Positions 50,134 to 59,157 of a stretch of 64,000 nucleotides of DNA are shown piece by piece. The stretch is from Dehalococcoidia bacterium. GTDB taxonomy: Bacteria; Chloroflexota; Dehalococcoidia; Lucifugimonadales; UBA3495. Positions within the stretch are counted from its first letter, which is position 1. Each line of letters begins with the position of its first letter. The stretch is from positions 483,947-547,946 of the forward strand of contig CBDANO010000003.1 of NCBI GenBank assembly GCA_965197665.1. The letters are read 5' to 3'. A model generated the notes under the pieces. That model made no database searches. It saw nothing but the letters and a program-made list of their open reading frames with translations, and had not been told where the DNA came from. Position numbers and translations under genes: made by a program.

Positions 50134-50203
50134 GGTTCCGTTTGCTTTGAGCGCATGGCGCGTCTTAGGGCAGCAGGCTAGACACCTAAAAGCAAACGGA
50201 ACC
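50134..50203. mobile_element. 70-bp MITE-like element with IS6-like ends (copy 3)
   Basis: GGTTCCGTTTGCTT-N42-AAGCAAACGGAACC. Confidence 0.85.
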
Positions 50204-50510
50204 GGAAGCCACCTTGTCCAGCACCTCCGCCTTCTCTGCGCCACTCATCCGCTGATACTGCCGGCGCCCTGAGGCATTGGTGTGGAAGTTTTTTTGAGAC
50301 GATAGACCTCAAGGGACAGATCGGCGACCAGCTGCTTTAGCTCTCCGTTCTCCCGCTTGAGCTGATGGACCTCTTCCCTAGTCGCATCTTGCACGCTGTC
50401 GCGGGTAAGCCTCTCCTTCCCTGCCTCCATGAACTCCTTGGTCCAGGAGTAGTAGGAGTGAGGCTTGATTCCCTCCCGCCTACACAGGTCACTCACGGTG
50501 ACTTCGCGGC
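50204..50510 (-). pseudogene. IS3 fragment (orfA 3' part and orfB start) related to 45093-46631
   Basis: Near-identical peptide TVSDLCRREGIKPHSYYSWTKEFMEAGKERL; cut at the IS6-like end. Confidence 0.88.
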
Positions 50511-50529
50511 CGAAGCTGATCAACGACAA

Positions 50530-50716
50530 TTAGAACTGCCTGCGTGTTGCCTCGACGCGGCCGTGACCGGCGATGATCCGGTCGTTCTCGTCGATAAGGA
50601 CCGGGATGGTCCAGCCGAATTCCCTGATCGAGACTACCAGGCGTTCGATCTGGTCTGGCGGATGTACGCGGGGGTTGTCCGACGGAGTTAAGTTCGCTAT
50701 CATCTTCCCTATGATC
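50530..50716 (-). pseudogene. ParB/Srx-like N-terminal fragment (phage methylase type)
   Basis: NPRVHPPDQIERLVVSIREFGWTIPVLIDENDRIIAGHGRVEA then an early stop. Confidence 0.75.
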
Positions 50717-51401
50717 TCCATGACACTCCTTTGCTGTTCTTTGCTGTTCTTTGGTGTTCTTTGGTGTGGTGAGCCTATCATGCCACCCGCCGCAACAAAG
50801 CGAAATCATAGAACGCCGAAGCGGGAGTCACATCAGGCGATGCATGCGAAGTCCCACTACGTTGGGATGGGCATCTACCGGTCGCTTCGGAACGCGTAAG
50901 AAGAGTATGTAGAACAGTGTCTGCACGGCATAGCGCCGCCATCGGCACAGCAACAGAGGCCCCCCCCCCGCAGTGGGGCGAGTAGTCCCGCGTTTGGAGG
51001 TGGGTAGAGGTCGCGTCCAAGCACGACCGCCAGATAGAGTTCGAGCGTATCGAGTGCAACAAGAAGGAGATAGAGGCCTCGCTGGAGCGCCACAAGGGCA
51101 CCGCCCAGGTGCTGCAGAGCGCGGTCATCGACCGCATCACTAAGATTGTGGGGCGAGGAGATACCCATGCACCTCATCCCCTCGGTCCTCCGCGCCACCA
51201 TCGAGATCGAGTTGGACTCCGGCGGACACACCGCAGCCAGGGAGGTGCTGGACTGGAAGGACGTCGACACCCTCCTCGTCGATGACCTGAGGCTCGTTCT
51301 GTCTGGACGAGACCGGCGCATTCTCAATCTCCCGTGTCCCACAGTTCTCGCATTGCCTTGGAAAATGCACGCGGTCTATCGACGGTCCCTTGTTCCCGCT
51401 G

Positions 51402-51572
51402 TCACCCGAACAAGGGCGCTTGTCCGTTCTGGCACTGGAAGCCCTCGATCTTTGCTGTCTCCAGCCAGTCGAGGATGCCGACGTAGGTCGGCGCTAGCTT
51501 CCGCGCGAATAGATGGTCGGGGACGTTGTGGAGCAGACACTCGATGAAGTAGGAGGGAGCACCGTCTTTAGA
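51402..51572 (-). pseudogene. Fragment resembling a CD-NTase (CBASS cyclase) C-terminal region
   Basis: APSYFIECLLHNVPDHLF...ILDWL...FQCQNG...LFG. Confidence 0.6.
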
Positions 51573-51579
51573 GCCTGAT

Positions 51580-52804
51580 GCTCCTATAGATGTCAAGGAG
51601 TGCTTTGGGATGGGGCTGAGTTCCGCAGGACGGCGAAGACTTCGCGAGCGACATAGCGTTTGAGGCAACGGATCACCTCAGCCTTGCTCATTCCCTCGGT
51701 GATGCGGCGACGCATGTATGCCTGGGTCCGTTCATCATAACGAAGTCTGACGACAACAATGCGATGGAGAGCCGCATTGGCGTGGCGGTGGCCGCCTCGG
51801 TTGAGGCGATGCCTGTTGGTCTTGCCGGAGGAAGCAGGTATGGGATTGACGCCACACAGGGAGGCGAAGGCAGCCTCGGAGTGGAGACGGTCCGGGTTAC
51901 TCCCAGCAGCAATGAGGAGGGTCGCCGCCGTGTCTGGTCCTATGCCAAAGCCATCTACCAGGGCTGGGGCTGCCGTCCGTGTGAGTCGTCGGATCTCGGC
52001 CTCCAGGTCCTGCATCTCATTACCGAGTTGACGGTAGCGCCGGGCAAGGGAGCGAAGAGCATACTTGGCCGCCGCGGCGGGACCCTCCAGACGACCAGGC
52101 CGGAAGCTCTTGCACCGGGTGACAAGGGCAGCAGTGGTGAGGCCAGTGAGGTGCTCACGAAGCTGGGCCGGGGCCGTGACGACCAGGGCCTTCATCTGGT
52201 TGAGAGCCTGGGTGCGAGCCTTGACAGCCGAGTCCTTGGCGCTCTTGAGCATACGGATCATTTCGACTTCACCCTCACCTGACTTGGGAGTGGCGTCGGC
52301 TACTCCGGCAAGCACGGCACGCGCTGCCATCTCGGCATCAGCGGGATCGCTCTTCCCCTTTCGGTAGCGGGTTGACCTGTCGGGCCGGTTGACCTCCGCC
52401 ACGGTATAGCCCCTACGGGTCAGGAAGCGGGCGACTCCGGCACCGTAGGAACCTGTGCCTTCGATCCCGAAGGCTTGAATCTCTCCCAGGCTCCGGGACC
52501 ACCGTTCGAGCTCCCCATACCCCTTGATGGTCGCCACCGTGTGAAGCTCCCCTAAGCGGACCCCCTGACGGTCAATGACCACCGCCACATGCTCATCCTG
52601 GTGGGTGTCGACTCCAACGACCAGCTCATCACCACGACTACCTTCATGACCGACGACTCCTGTCATTTCCACCTCCTGGAGGGATAGCGCACCGGCCAGG
52701 TGAGCGGACAGGACTGCGATGGGGCGTGAGGCCAGGCTCCTATAAGGTCACTGCTCGCCTTGCCGAAGGCACTTCGGGTGCCACCTCGGGTCGAGTCGAC
52801 AGAT
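51580..52804 (-). mobile_element. IS110-family element
   Basis: Core GAT at 51577-51579 and 52802-52804; TTGACA overlapping the transposase stop; about 130-bp non-coding end upstream of the gene. Confidence 0.8.
51593..52672 (-). CDS. IS110 DEDD recombinase/transposase
   Basis: VGVDTH, GIEGTGSYG, GKSDPADA, GIGPDTAA, PASSGK..RHRLNRGG. Confidence 0.95.
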   Translation of the reverse strand: MEMTGVVGHEGSRGDELVVGVDTHQDEHVAVVIDRQGVRLGELHTVATIKGYGELERWSRSLGEIQAFGIEGTGSYGAGVARFLTRRGYTVAEVNRPDRSTRYRKGKSDPADAEMAARAVLAGVADATPKSGEGEVEMIRMLKSAKDSAVKARTQALNQMKALVVTAPAQLREHLTGLTTAALVTRCKSFRPGRLEGPAAAAKYALRSLARRYRQLGNEMQDLEAEIRRLTRTAAPALVDGFGIGPDTAATLLIAAGSNPDRLHSEAAFASLCGVNPIPASSGKTNRHRLNRGGHRHANAALHRIVVVRLRYDERTQAYMRRRITEGMSKAEVIRCLKRYVAREVFAVLRNSAPSQSTP

Positions 52805-52959
52805 CAGGCTGAAGGCATGATGCCAGTCTCAGAAAGGGTCAGGCCCGAGCCGAGGGTGGCCCGGGATTCATCATCGCAGTCCCAGAAGTCAGAAGGCTGG
52901 TGGATGGAAGCGTCGTAATGGACCTGCGGGGCGACGTTAATGAAAGAAAGGCTGAGCAG

Positions 52960-53561
52960 ACGGGCGTAGTCATTGCCTTCATCCACCACGTCCACGGAAG
53001 TGATCAACATGCCGGTCACTCCCTCTCCGGTTGCCAGGAGGGAAACCATGGCCTGCGCGTTGTAGGCGGGTGCAACCCCCTGAGCAGTCTTCATCGGTCT
53101 GGCGTCTCTATCGGTCAGATTGATGCGTCGGAGGTACTTGTACCGACCGTGGCGGTCCCACTCTGGCAGTTCCTCCAGCGCCTGCCGCACCCGCTACCGC
53201 AATACCTTACGGTCAGACGACTTCTCCGGAAGATGCACCGGACAGCCGTCCTCTCCCCCTTCGTTCTGGGTCTCCAGTTCCTCGATAGCCTTCTCCACCC
53301 AGTCCAACAGTTAGCCCAATTGCTCTCCAGTGTAGGTCCGGTCCGCCGCCGCGTTGCCGGCCACCTTCGTTCCATCCACGGCCTGCACCGCCAGATCAAC
53401 CAGTTCCAGAGACACAGCCGTCCGCACCGTGCGCTTGAACAGCTACCTCATGCCTTGCCGGTGTCTCTGGTAGAACCTCTACAGGGTGTTGTGGTCGGGA
53501 TGCTGCCACCCGGTCAGCCACAGGAAGGGTATCTGGTCCCGGCAGGCAGCCTCCAACTTCC
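52960..53561 (-). pseudogene. IS1182-family transposase remnant
   Basis: RKLEAACRDQIPFLWLTG..HPDHNT, AVDGTKV, NLTDRDARPMK, AYNAQ, with internal stops and a frameshift. Confidence 0.8.
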
Positions 53562-53577
53562 GTCATGACCGAATACT

Positions 53578-53628
53578 AGTGACATTTATGCTGGCCACTT
53601 AGCCGGACATTTATCCTGGCCTGCGACA
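53578..53628. mobile_element. Isolated IS1202/ISNCY-type end
   Basis: gtgacatttatgctggccacttagccggacatttatcctggcctgcgaca has the same double-GACATT...CGACA layout as 44240-44291. Confidence 0.6.
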
Positions 53629-53685
53629 GCCGTTTGTCAGCGATCTATCCGCCCGCGTGGGACACTTTAACTCCGCCGATTACAC

Positions 53686-54100
53686 ACCACCCTGAAGTAG
53701 GAGGCATCGGTGGCCCACATCTGGTGGGGATTGGTAGTCTTCCGGTGGTACTCCTTACCCGCAGCCAGCCGCATCTCAGGCCTCTTCACCAGACCCTCCC
53801 GGCGCAGGATGCAGTAGACCGTAGATTCTGATACGGAGAAGCCCATGGGGTCGGTGGTCTATGCAGCCAACTGCCGGCAGCTCAACTCCGGCACATCCCT
53901 GGCTGCCGACAGGACAGAGTCTACTTCCTTGGAAGCTAGCTTGTTCCATGGTGGCTTGGGTGGCTTGCCGCCTCCCGTATTGTCCTCAAGTCCTTGCTGC
54001 TCCTTCCGCCTCAGCCACCGGTAGTAGCTGCTCCTGGGGACTCCCAGTTCACCCAGGACTTTACGTTTTGGCAGAGCATAGGAAGCCATCTTGGCCAGTA
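53686..54100 (-). pseudogene. IS3 orfB 5' fragment related to 45602-46588
   Basis: LPKRKVLGELGVPRSSYYRWLRRKEQQGLED...ELSCRQLAA then stops. Confidence 0.85.
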
Positions 54101-54215
54101 CGTCTATATTGTGAAGTTAGTGGGGAACTCTACATCAAGGTAGAAGCCGTCTATATCGGCGCAGACCCGGGTTTCTCCCTTTTCTGGTGGCCCATGCTTG
54201 CTGGTTCCTAACACT

Positions 54216-54869
54216 TTAGAAGACAGCCGTTGTAGTCTCCTCCAGACTACTATCCACGCGTTCAGGGCAATCAACCAACGTGATTGAGCAAAATCTGCAC
54301 TCCCAGTAACTGGGAACTCTTGCGGCGGGGGTTGGCGACGCCAATCGCCTGATGAGTGCCACGACCCTGGAGATGAAATGATCATCGACCGCTGCTGCAG
54401 GAATCCCTATTTCGTGGTCTCGGTAGACCACTATCCCGTCGAATACCAAGCTCCGGTACTGCGGGAAAGCCAACGGAACCGCCCACATATACAACATGAC
54501 CTGAATCTTATCGGACTCTTTGGGTTGACCAGTTTTGACGTCAATGACTGTGTTCAACCCGTCTTTTAAAGCAACTAGGTCCGGCCTCCCACCTAGTGTG
54601 GCTACCTTCCCCGAAAGTTGCAGGGAATTCTGGTACTCAAGAAATACCCGGTGCCCTTGGTCTCCCCAGCGCTTACTAACTTTACGCAGCAACTCCGCAT
54701 GGTCCATTTGCCAGGCAACGGAATCGAACGTACTTGGCACCCTCGCCCAACTGTTGCTCTCACGTTGTGCCCTGAACCAGCTAGACCACTCACAAGAGTT
54801 CTCTCCCGCGAGTAACTTGGATAATGAGGTGACCCAAATATATGGGCTACGTTTTCTAAGCTTCGCCAT
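54216..54869 (-). CDS. Stand-alone Cas4-like PD-(D/E)XK nuclease
   Basis: GRPDLV, IDVKTG, QVMLY, an N-terminal Cys plus C-terminal C..C......C (Fe-S staple pattern); AGGAGG RBS. Confidence 0.82.
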   Translation of the reverse strand: MAKLRKRSPYIWVTSLSKLLAGENSCEWSSWFRAQRESNSWARVPSTFDSVAWQMDHAELLRKVSKRWGDQGHRVFLEYQNSLQLSGKVATLGGRPDLVALKDGLNTVIDVKTGQPKESDKIQVMLYMWAVPLAFPQYRSLVFDGIVVYRDHEIGIPAAAVDDHFISRVVALIRRLASPTPAARVPSYWECRFCSITLVDCPERVDSSLEETTTAVF

Positions 54870-54899
54870 TTCCTGCCTCCTACTGCTGATTTTCTCTGA

Positions 54900-55022
54900 A
54901 ACCAAAAAGACCCGCCTCCCTGTCGGGAGCGGGTCTGCAAGTAGTACAATGCTACTGCATCACCTGCTTCCATCAGGTGGCGCCATAGCCCGGGGTGCTT
55001 CCAGCACCGCCGGGCTAACTTG
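54900..55022 (-). ncRNA. Candidate structured RNA or leader of about 120 nt (three hairpins plus intrinsic terminator)
   Basis: Hairpins at 54986-55017, 54961-54979 and 54936-54959, terminator at 54904-54936, promoter directly upstream. Confidence 0.55.
54904..54936 (-). terminator. Rho-independent terminator
   Basis: AGACCCGCTCCC-GACA-GGGAGGCGGGTCT-TTTT on the minus strand. Confidence 0.8.
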
Positions 55023-55029
55023 TGCGCAT

Positions 55030-55059
55030 ATGATACCGCGAGTGTCGATACGGCGTCAA
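55030..55059 (-). promoter_or_regulatory. Sigma70-type promoter
   Basis: TTGACG-N18-TATCAT on the minus strand. Confidence 0.65.
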
Positions 55060-55173
55060 AAACCGGCTACTGAGGTGGACCCGGTTAGTTGGACAGAATT
55101 GGGGCGGGGTTAAGTGAGGGTCCCGCCTGCCAAGGCACGCGGGCGACAGGGATAGACCGGGGAGAGCCCGCCG

Positions 55174-56016
55174 CTATTGGAGTTGGTGGTAAAACAGCAG
55201 TTGACCAGCGTAACCCGCGTGGGGGCCGAAATAGTCCCGCGCCCACTCCAACATCTTCGCGTTCTTTGCACCGGACGTGTATTTCTTTCCGTAGTGCTCC
55301 CGCAAAGCGGCAGCTATATGCCTGTCTACGGGGAAGGCCTCGGGCTTGTCTAAAGAAAACAGGCACACGTAGTCCGCGATTTTCGGACCGATGCCATCGT
55401 AGCTCATCAGTCGGTCCTTGGCTTGCGTGTAGGGCAAACGGGATAGCCCACTCAAGTCTAGATTGCCTGCGGTTACCTCCTTGGCTATTTGGTAAATGCG
55501 GCTTCCGCGGCTCAACCCTAGATTCAAGCGGTCAAGCTCGACCCGACCAGCCTCGGCCAGACGTTGGGGCGACGGGAAGGAATTGAGCCTCATGCCGTCC
55601 AATGCCAGGGGGTCGCCGTAATTATGGGCTAGGAGGTCAACAATTGCGGCGATGCGGTCAATGTTGTTGTTTTGGGAACAGATGTAGGAAACCAGGCACT
55701 CCCAGGGGTCTTGGCGCAGAATGCGCATGGCGCCGTACTGTTCCACCAGCCGGGCCATGTTGGAGTCCACCCGGCGCAGCCCATCGTGGATTGCCCCGAC
55801 GTCTTGGTCCAGGCCGAAGTAGGCTTCAACGAGCGACTTGAGAGATTCTTCGGGTGCGTTGCTTCGAAACTCTACCTCGTCGGCAAATTGCCGGACTTTG
55901 ATCAAGCCCCCTTTGATCACACCGTAGTGCCAACCATCCTGCCAGGTCCAGCGGAAGGCTTGGGAGCGCAGCCAGGCGAGTTCCAATCTGAAGGGTTGGC
56001 GAGCGGGTAAGTGCAA
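55174..56016 (-). CDS. 8-oxoguanine DNA glycosylase (Ogg1-like, HhH-GPD)
   Basis: QAFRW, RILRQDPWECLVSYICSQNNNIDRI, GIGPKIAD, AFPVDRHI, AGYAGQLLF; start uncertain (TTG 56016), IS1380 just upstream. Confidence 0.85.
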   Translation of the reverse strand: MHLPARQPFRLELAWLRSQAFRWTWQDGWHYGVIKGGLIKVRQFADEVEFRSNAPEESLKSLVEAYFGLDQDVGAIHDGLRRVDSNMARLVEQYGAMRILRQDPWECLVSYICSQNNNIDRIAAIVDLLAHNYGDPLALDGMRLNSFPSPQRLAEAGRVELDRLNLGLSRGSRIYQIAKEVTAGNLDLSGLSRLPYTQAKDRLMSYDGIGPKIADYVCLFSLDKPEAFPVDRHIAAALREHYGKKYTSGAKNAKMLEWARDYFGPHAGYAGQLLFYHQLQ

Positions 56017-56093
56017 AATCTTAGTCCTTACTTCGGCTGATTGGGCGTCTCCCCGTCTGAAAATCTGGGCTTTCCGGCACCTTGCGTCAATCA

Positions 56094-57787
56094 CCCCAAT
56101 CCACCGAAGGGATGATCGTCGCGGCGTGGTGAAGGGGTAAGAAAGTGCCCCTGTGCTTCTGGGATAATGGTTTTCGAGAGAGGAAACCGACCAGAAACAA
56201 GGAGCACCCAACAGATGCTACCACTTGAGGACCCCGACCGCATCCAAATAGCCTTCGACGACCACCGCCTGGTCAACAATGCCGGGCTGCTCCTTCCGGC
56301 CACTCTGGCCCAGCACGTGGGCCTGCGTGAACTCGTTCACCGTCACCTCGACCTCGGGGATGCGCCTGGGCGGGCGAACGCGGGAGACAAGATGCTGACG
56401 CTGGTGGCCTCGGCGCTGGCGGGCGGCGACTGCATTGACGACGCCGATGCGCTGCGTGCGGGGGGGACCTCCTCGGTGCTGGGGTGCACGGTCAAAGCGC
56501 CCTCCACCCTGGGGACGTTCCTGCGCAGCTTCCGGTGGGGCCATGTCCGCCAGCTGGACCGGGTGAGCCGGGAGCTGCTGGCCCGGGCCTGGGCCGCCGG
56601 TGGTGGACCCAGCGACGGGCCGCTGACCATCGACCTGGACTCCACCATCTGCGAGACCTACGGGTTGGCCAAGGAGGGGGCGCGACACCATGGCTACACC
56701 GGCAAGCGAGGCTATCACCCGCTGCTGGCCGTGGCCGCTGGAACCGGCGACGTGCTGATGTCCCGGCTGCGCGAGGGCCGCGCCAACACCGCTCGCGGCG
56801 CCGCCCACTTCCTGCGGGAGACCGTGGGACGGGTGCGCCATGCTGGGGCCAAGGGGCAACTCACGGTGCGGGCCGACAGCGGTTTCTACACCCACGCCGT
56901 GGTCGCCGTCTGTCGCAAGACGAAGGTCCGCTTCTCCATCACCATCCGCCAGCGTGCCAGCCTGCGCAATCTCATTGAAGCCATACCCGAGGCGGACTGG
57001 ACGCCCATCCCTTACTGGATGGACGGCGCCGCCGACGTGGCCGAGACCGCTTACACTCCCTTCGGGAGCAAGCCCGATGCCGCGCCGGTGCGGCTCATCG
57101 TCCGGAGGGTGAAGCCCGCGCCCGGTTCCCAGCTGGCCCTATTCGCCAGCTACAGCTATCACGGCTTCATCACCGACCGGGACGGGGATACCCTGCAACT
57201 GGAGGCCGACCACCGCCGCCACGCCGAGGTCGAGAATGCCATCCGAGACCTCAAGTACGGCGTGGGACTCAATCATCTCCCGTCAGGCCGTTTCGCCGCC
57301 AACGCCGCCTGGCTGGCCGTCCAGGTGCTGGCGCATAACCTGGCCCGTTGGGCAGCGCGCATCGGTCTGGGCGAGCAACTGGTGACCACCAAGACCCTGC
57401 GGCGACGCTTCTTCTCTATGGCCGGACGGCTTACCCGCTCGGCGCGCAGACTCACTTTGCATCTTCCCCGGGGCTGGCCCTGGGCTGAGCAGGCCACTCT
57501 CGCCCTGGCCCGACTGCGAGCCATCCCACTCCCAGCCTGACGGCGCTATCCGCAACCGACCCAACGCCTCCAAACTCGCATCCGCCCGGTCCGCGAGTGC
57601 ATCCTGCTGCGTCCGATCTCACTATCACGCGATTCCCAGCCTCCATAGACCGCTCTCCAGGCCCGGTCCGGCTACTGAAAACCCTCTGCCGTGTCACATC
57701 GGTCCCAATGGAGCCCAGGCTTTCTCCCTTGTAGGCTCCCTCATCCCAATTTGCCCAGCCTTCACGCCTCCCATCGGTGGATTCGGG
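56094..57787 (+). mobile_element. IS1380-family element with 6-bp target duplication
   Basis: IRs CCCCAATCCACCGAAGGGA / CCCGAATCCACCGATGGGA; CAATCA at 56088-56093 and 57788-57793. Confidence 0.92.
56215..57540 (+). CDS. IS1380-family transposase
   Basis: AGLLL, APSTLGTFLRSF, TIDLDST, GYHPL, RADSGF, HAEVENAIRDLK. Confidence 0.93.
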   Translation: MLPLEDPDRIQIAFDDHRLVNNAGLLLPATLAQHVGLRELVHRHLDLGDAPGRANAGDKMLTLVASALAGGDCIDDADALRAGGTSSVLGCTVKAPSTLGTFLRSFRWGHVRQLDRVSRELLARAWAAGGGPSDGPLTIDLDSTICETYGLAKEGARHHGYTGKRGYHPLLAVAAGTGDVLMSRLREGRANTARGAAHFLRETVGRVRHAGAKGQLTVRADSGFYTHAVVAVCRKTKVRFSITIRQRASLRNLIEAIPEADWTPIPYWMDGAADVAETAYTPFGSKPDAAPVRLIVRRVKPAPGSQLALFASYSYHGFITDRDGDTLQLEADHRRHAEVENAIRDLKYGVGLNHLPSGRFAANAAWLAVQVLAHNLARWAARIGLGEQLVTTKTLRRRFFSMAGRLTRSARRLTLHLPRGWPWAEQATLALARLRAIPLPA

Positions 57788-59124
57788 CAATCAGCTAAGG
57801 ATTGGTCATGGAGTTCCCCAGCCCGCCCAGAGTGCGTCCGGTACGATCTGGTCTCCGACATTCCAAGTTTGGGACGGGGTTACGCGAAGTCGTAGCTCGG
57901 TTCCAGAGACTCCGGGTTGAGCCAGGCTGTGCCCAGGGGGCTGCCCCTTGCCAGGCTTTCTCTATGGGACACCCATAGGAGCCCGTTGACGCAGGAGCGG
58001 GACGTCTCCCGGTGGATCACTCCCACCAAACTGGACAAAATCGAGAAACTTCCATTCGACGGACACAATAGACACGGAAAACTCAGGTACTCGTGGGCGG
58101 CCGATTTGGGTCCATTCAAGCCAGGCCGGTGAAGCGGACTCAAAATGGGTGTGTCACGTCGTTCCCGCGTACCCGAACGTATCACCAAGCCCGATGAGCG
58201 GTTCGATTCTTCTCAGGTGGGCTGGACTTGACGAAATCAAGAACCGAGGCCGATTCCGACATCACACCGTCGCTCGGCATGGGGACCGTGTACGTCAGCG
58301 TCGCCTCGTCTCCGTCCACCTCGATGCCCTCAACGAAGTTGCGGATGAGCGCCTTCCGCTCGGGGATCGTCCCGTCCTTCAGGAAGTCCCGGAAGTCCGC
58401 AACGTACCGTGCTATCTCCTCGGTGTTGGGAAGCTCCACTCTCCTCTGCTCAAGCTGGGTCTCGGCGTCCTCTCTCGCAGCCTCCAGCTGCTCCTCACGG
58501 TGCCTCAGAGACATGATGCGGGGCGACAGGACCTCCAGGGTCAACTCGCTCGTCTCAATGGCCTCGTAGAGCTTCTCAAGACGCTTCCTCACGTCGGATA
58601 GCTCCGCCTCAACGACCTCCAGCCTGCCGGAAAGCTCTCCGGCCATCGCGTCGATCTCCTCGGCCACCAGCGTCACGAGGGCCACGATGGTCTCCTCGTT
58701 CAGTATCCTCTCCCTGATCTTCTCCACCACGAACGTCTCCAGCCTCGGGGCGTTCAGGTAGCGGGCGCTGCACGTCCCCGCTCCCTCTCTGAACAGGGTG
58801 CCGCAGATGTAGTAGGCGAACTGGCCGCTCTTGGCTCCCTGGGCCGAGTACGGCCTGCCGCATACCCCGCACCTGAGCAGACCGCTCAGCAGGAACTTGC
58901 TCCCCACTCTACCGGGCCTCTGCACCTTCGGGGCGCGCTCACTCATCGCCTGCTGCACATCCTCGAACAGCTCCCTCGACACCAGGGCGGGCCACGCTCC
59001 CTCTACCCTTACAGGGTCCTGGGCCTTCTCGCCCTTGCTGTTCTTGCCCCATACGGCGGTTCCGGTGTACGCCTCGTTTCTCAGCACGGTTCCGTTTGCT
59101 TGTAGTGTCTGCCACTTTTACCGC

Positions 59125-59154
59125 TTGGGACGGGCTTCTAGAAGCCCGTCCCAA
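59125..59154. terminator. Perfect 30-bp palindrome just after the transposase stop
   Basis: TTGGGACGGGCTTCTAGAAGCCCGTCCCAA. Confidence 0.6.
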
Positions 59155-59157
59155 AAT

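Larger units (their letters stand above)
37246..58042. mobile_element. Genomic island of about 20.8 kb integrated at the tRNA-Val 3' end
   Basis: Exact 21-bp direct repeat CCCACCAAACTGGACAAAATC at 37246-37266 and 58022-58042; IS-rich, pseudogene-rich content between. Confidence 0.85.

Noticed and set aside
46817..50203. Integron (integrase plus attC-like 70-bp palindromes flanking cassettes)
   Set aside because: The integrase is P4-type with an arm-binding domain, not IntI. The units begin with GGTT and end with AACC, the opposite of attC (RYYYAAC...GTTRRRY), and they match IS6-like transposon ends.
48415..50203. CRISPR array (repeats with 42-bp variable spacers; Cas4-like gene nearby)
   Set aside because: The repeats are inverted pairs at irregular distances, not tandem direct repeats; no cas1 or cas2 is present.
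50875..51400. Possible CBASS effector or other gene
   Set aside because: Only frameshifted coding-like fragments with no motif I can identify.
58195..58225. Second tRNA (GGTTCGATTC)
   Set aside because: No acceptor, D or anticodon arm can be formed; treated as part of an att site.
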